Under the pieces are notes generated by a model. That model ran no database searches. It had not been told where the DNA came from and saw only the letters and a list, made by a program, of their open reading frames with translations. A stretch of 64,000 nucleotides of DNA, taken from NCBI GenBank assembly GCA_010093995.1, contig ML992508.1:406506-470505 (forward strand), in the 5' to 3' direction. Positions 63,030 through 64,000 of the stretch are shown here, piece after piece. The DNA is from Elsinoe ampelina. Lineage: Eukaryota. Position 1 is the first letter of the stretch, and each line of letters opens with the position of its first letter. The translations under genes were made by a program, and so were the position numbers.

Positions 63030-64000
63030 TCAATCGCCTCCGAAACGCCCAACCGTGACCCAGTCCATCTTCTTCGCATGGTCTGATACCCATGGTCCAT
63101 CCCATTGCAACTTTTCGCTACCACACCCTAAGCCGCCACCGTTCGTCCAACCCACGACTACTTTCAAGAGGAATTCGAGCTTTTCGTGCAAAAGATTCTC
63201 CCGTACGAGATCTGCCACTCGATCTCCAGGAGCTTGCGATCTCGCCGCCTTTACGAATGCATCGGTCGTGTCGAAAAGAATATCCCTCTCCCTGAGCATG
63301 TGTGATGGGAGCTCGTTATGCTCTTTGACATATCGCACCCCCTCTGCAGCAACCAGAGTGGCCGAGATGTATTGTGCGTCGGCGCTGATGACCATCTTGG
63401 TGTGATCGGGAAAGTGGATCTGTATACAACCGTCGTTGAATACCCATATCCCGACATGACCGAGTCTTTGGTAGAAGCGTACGATATTTGGCGTACCACC
63501 GGATTGCAGTTCGGCCTCTTCTCCGCGCTCGTTGAGCGATTGGCTCATGTATCGTCCGAATTTGACCCAGAGTCCTCGCAAGGTCTTGATTCTGTCGGTC
63601 GATTCCTGGGACATTCCGAGCGTTCTGACCTGGGCGACACCGCTTTCCGTATCTCGGTACAGTCTGATTGGGACTTTCTCAAGATTCTCGAATCGTTTCC
63701 CGACTCTCCTCAACCAAGCCTCTCCATTTCGAGCAAAAACATGTGTCACAGGCCAGGCCTCCCCACCAGCGACGGTCGACACAGCGATGAAGCCAACTGT
63801 ACCGTCCTGCAAAACATAGCCAACACCATGCTTCCGGCTATAGTCTACCCAGCGTGATATGAAGGGCAAGGCAGGAGGATCAGCTTTCCGCTTTCTGGAT
63901 GGTACAGCCTTGCCTGCAAGTGCAGACATGAGACTGTCGCGGAAAGTCGTCAAGCGCTTCAGGACAGCATCAGGTTCGGACCCTGGCAAGATTGATGTAG
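63030..64000 (-). CDS. CDC5: Polo-like kinase, C-terminal polo-box region (partial; 5' part is outside the window)
   Basis: FISRWVDYSRKHGVGYVL.DG (polo box 1) and VGIWVFNDGCIQIHFPDHTKMVIS (polo box 2). Confidence 0.8.
   Translation of the reverse strand, partial: TSILPGSEPDAVLKRLTTFRDSLMSALAGKAVPSRKRKADPPALPFISRWVDYSRKHGVGYVLQDGTVGFIAVSTVAGGEAWPVTHVFARNGEAWLRRVGKRFENLEKVPIRLYRDTESGVAQVRTLGMSQESTDRIKTLRGLWVKFGRYMSQSLNERGEEAELQSGGTPNIVRFYQRLGHVGIWVFNDGCIQIHFPDHTKMVISADAQYISATLVAAEGVRYVKEHNELPSHMLRERDILFDTTDAFVKAARSQAPGDRVADLVRENLLHEKLEFLLKVVVGWTNGGGLGCGSEKLQWDGPWVSDHAKKMDWVTVGRFGGD

Overview
Gene-dense eukaryotic DNA from a filamentous ascomycete (short GT-AG introns with CTRAC/CTAAY branch points; Pezizomycotina, possibly a Dothideomycete, which is inference only). 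About 28 apparently intact protein-coding genes are supportable: eIF3m, SERCA-type Ca2+-ATPase, SET1, RIB4, an S28 peptidase, a carboxylesterase, two Pth11/rhodopsin-domain membrane proteins, three related fungal TF-like genes (two are tandem paralogs), a Zn2Cys6 TF divergent from an MFS transporter, a PX-associated/DUF3818 protein, GFA, SDR, MRL1, ERG24, a P450, an amino-acid permease, a predicted mitochondrial protein with an internal 4x repeat, BUB2, CDC26, GH55, myosin I, a partial polo kinase and a small hypothetical membrane protein. A decayed three-gene module (Zn2Cys6 TF + MFS + GH31, all pseudogenes) lies at about 32.1-36.1 kb. The most striking unexplained structure is about 10 islands of 0.6-1.1 kb in which the + strand switches from strongly C-rich to strongly G/T-rich. 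They lie mostly at gene 3' ends and visibly reshape codons and even amino acids. No tRNA, rRNA, CRISPR or intact transposon was recognised. Exon boundaries were read by eye.
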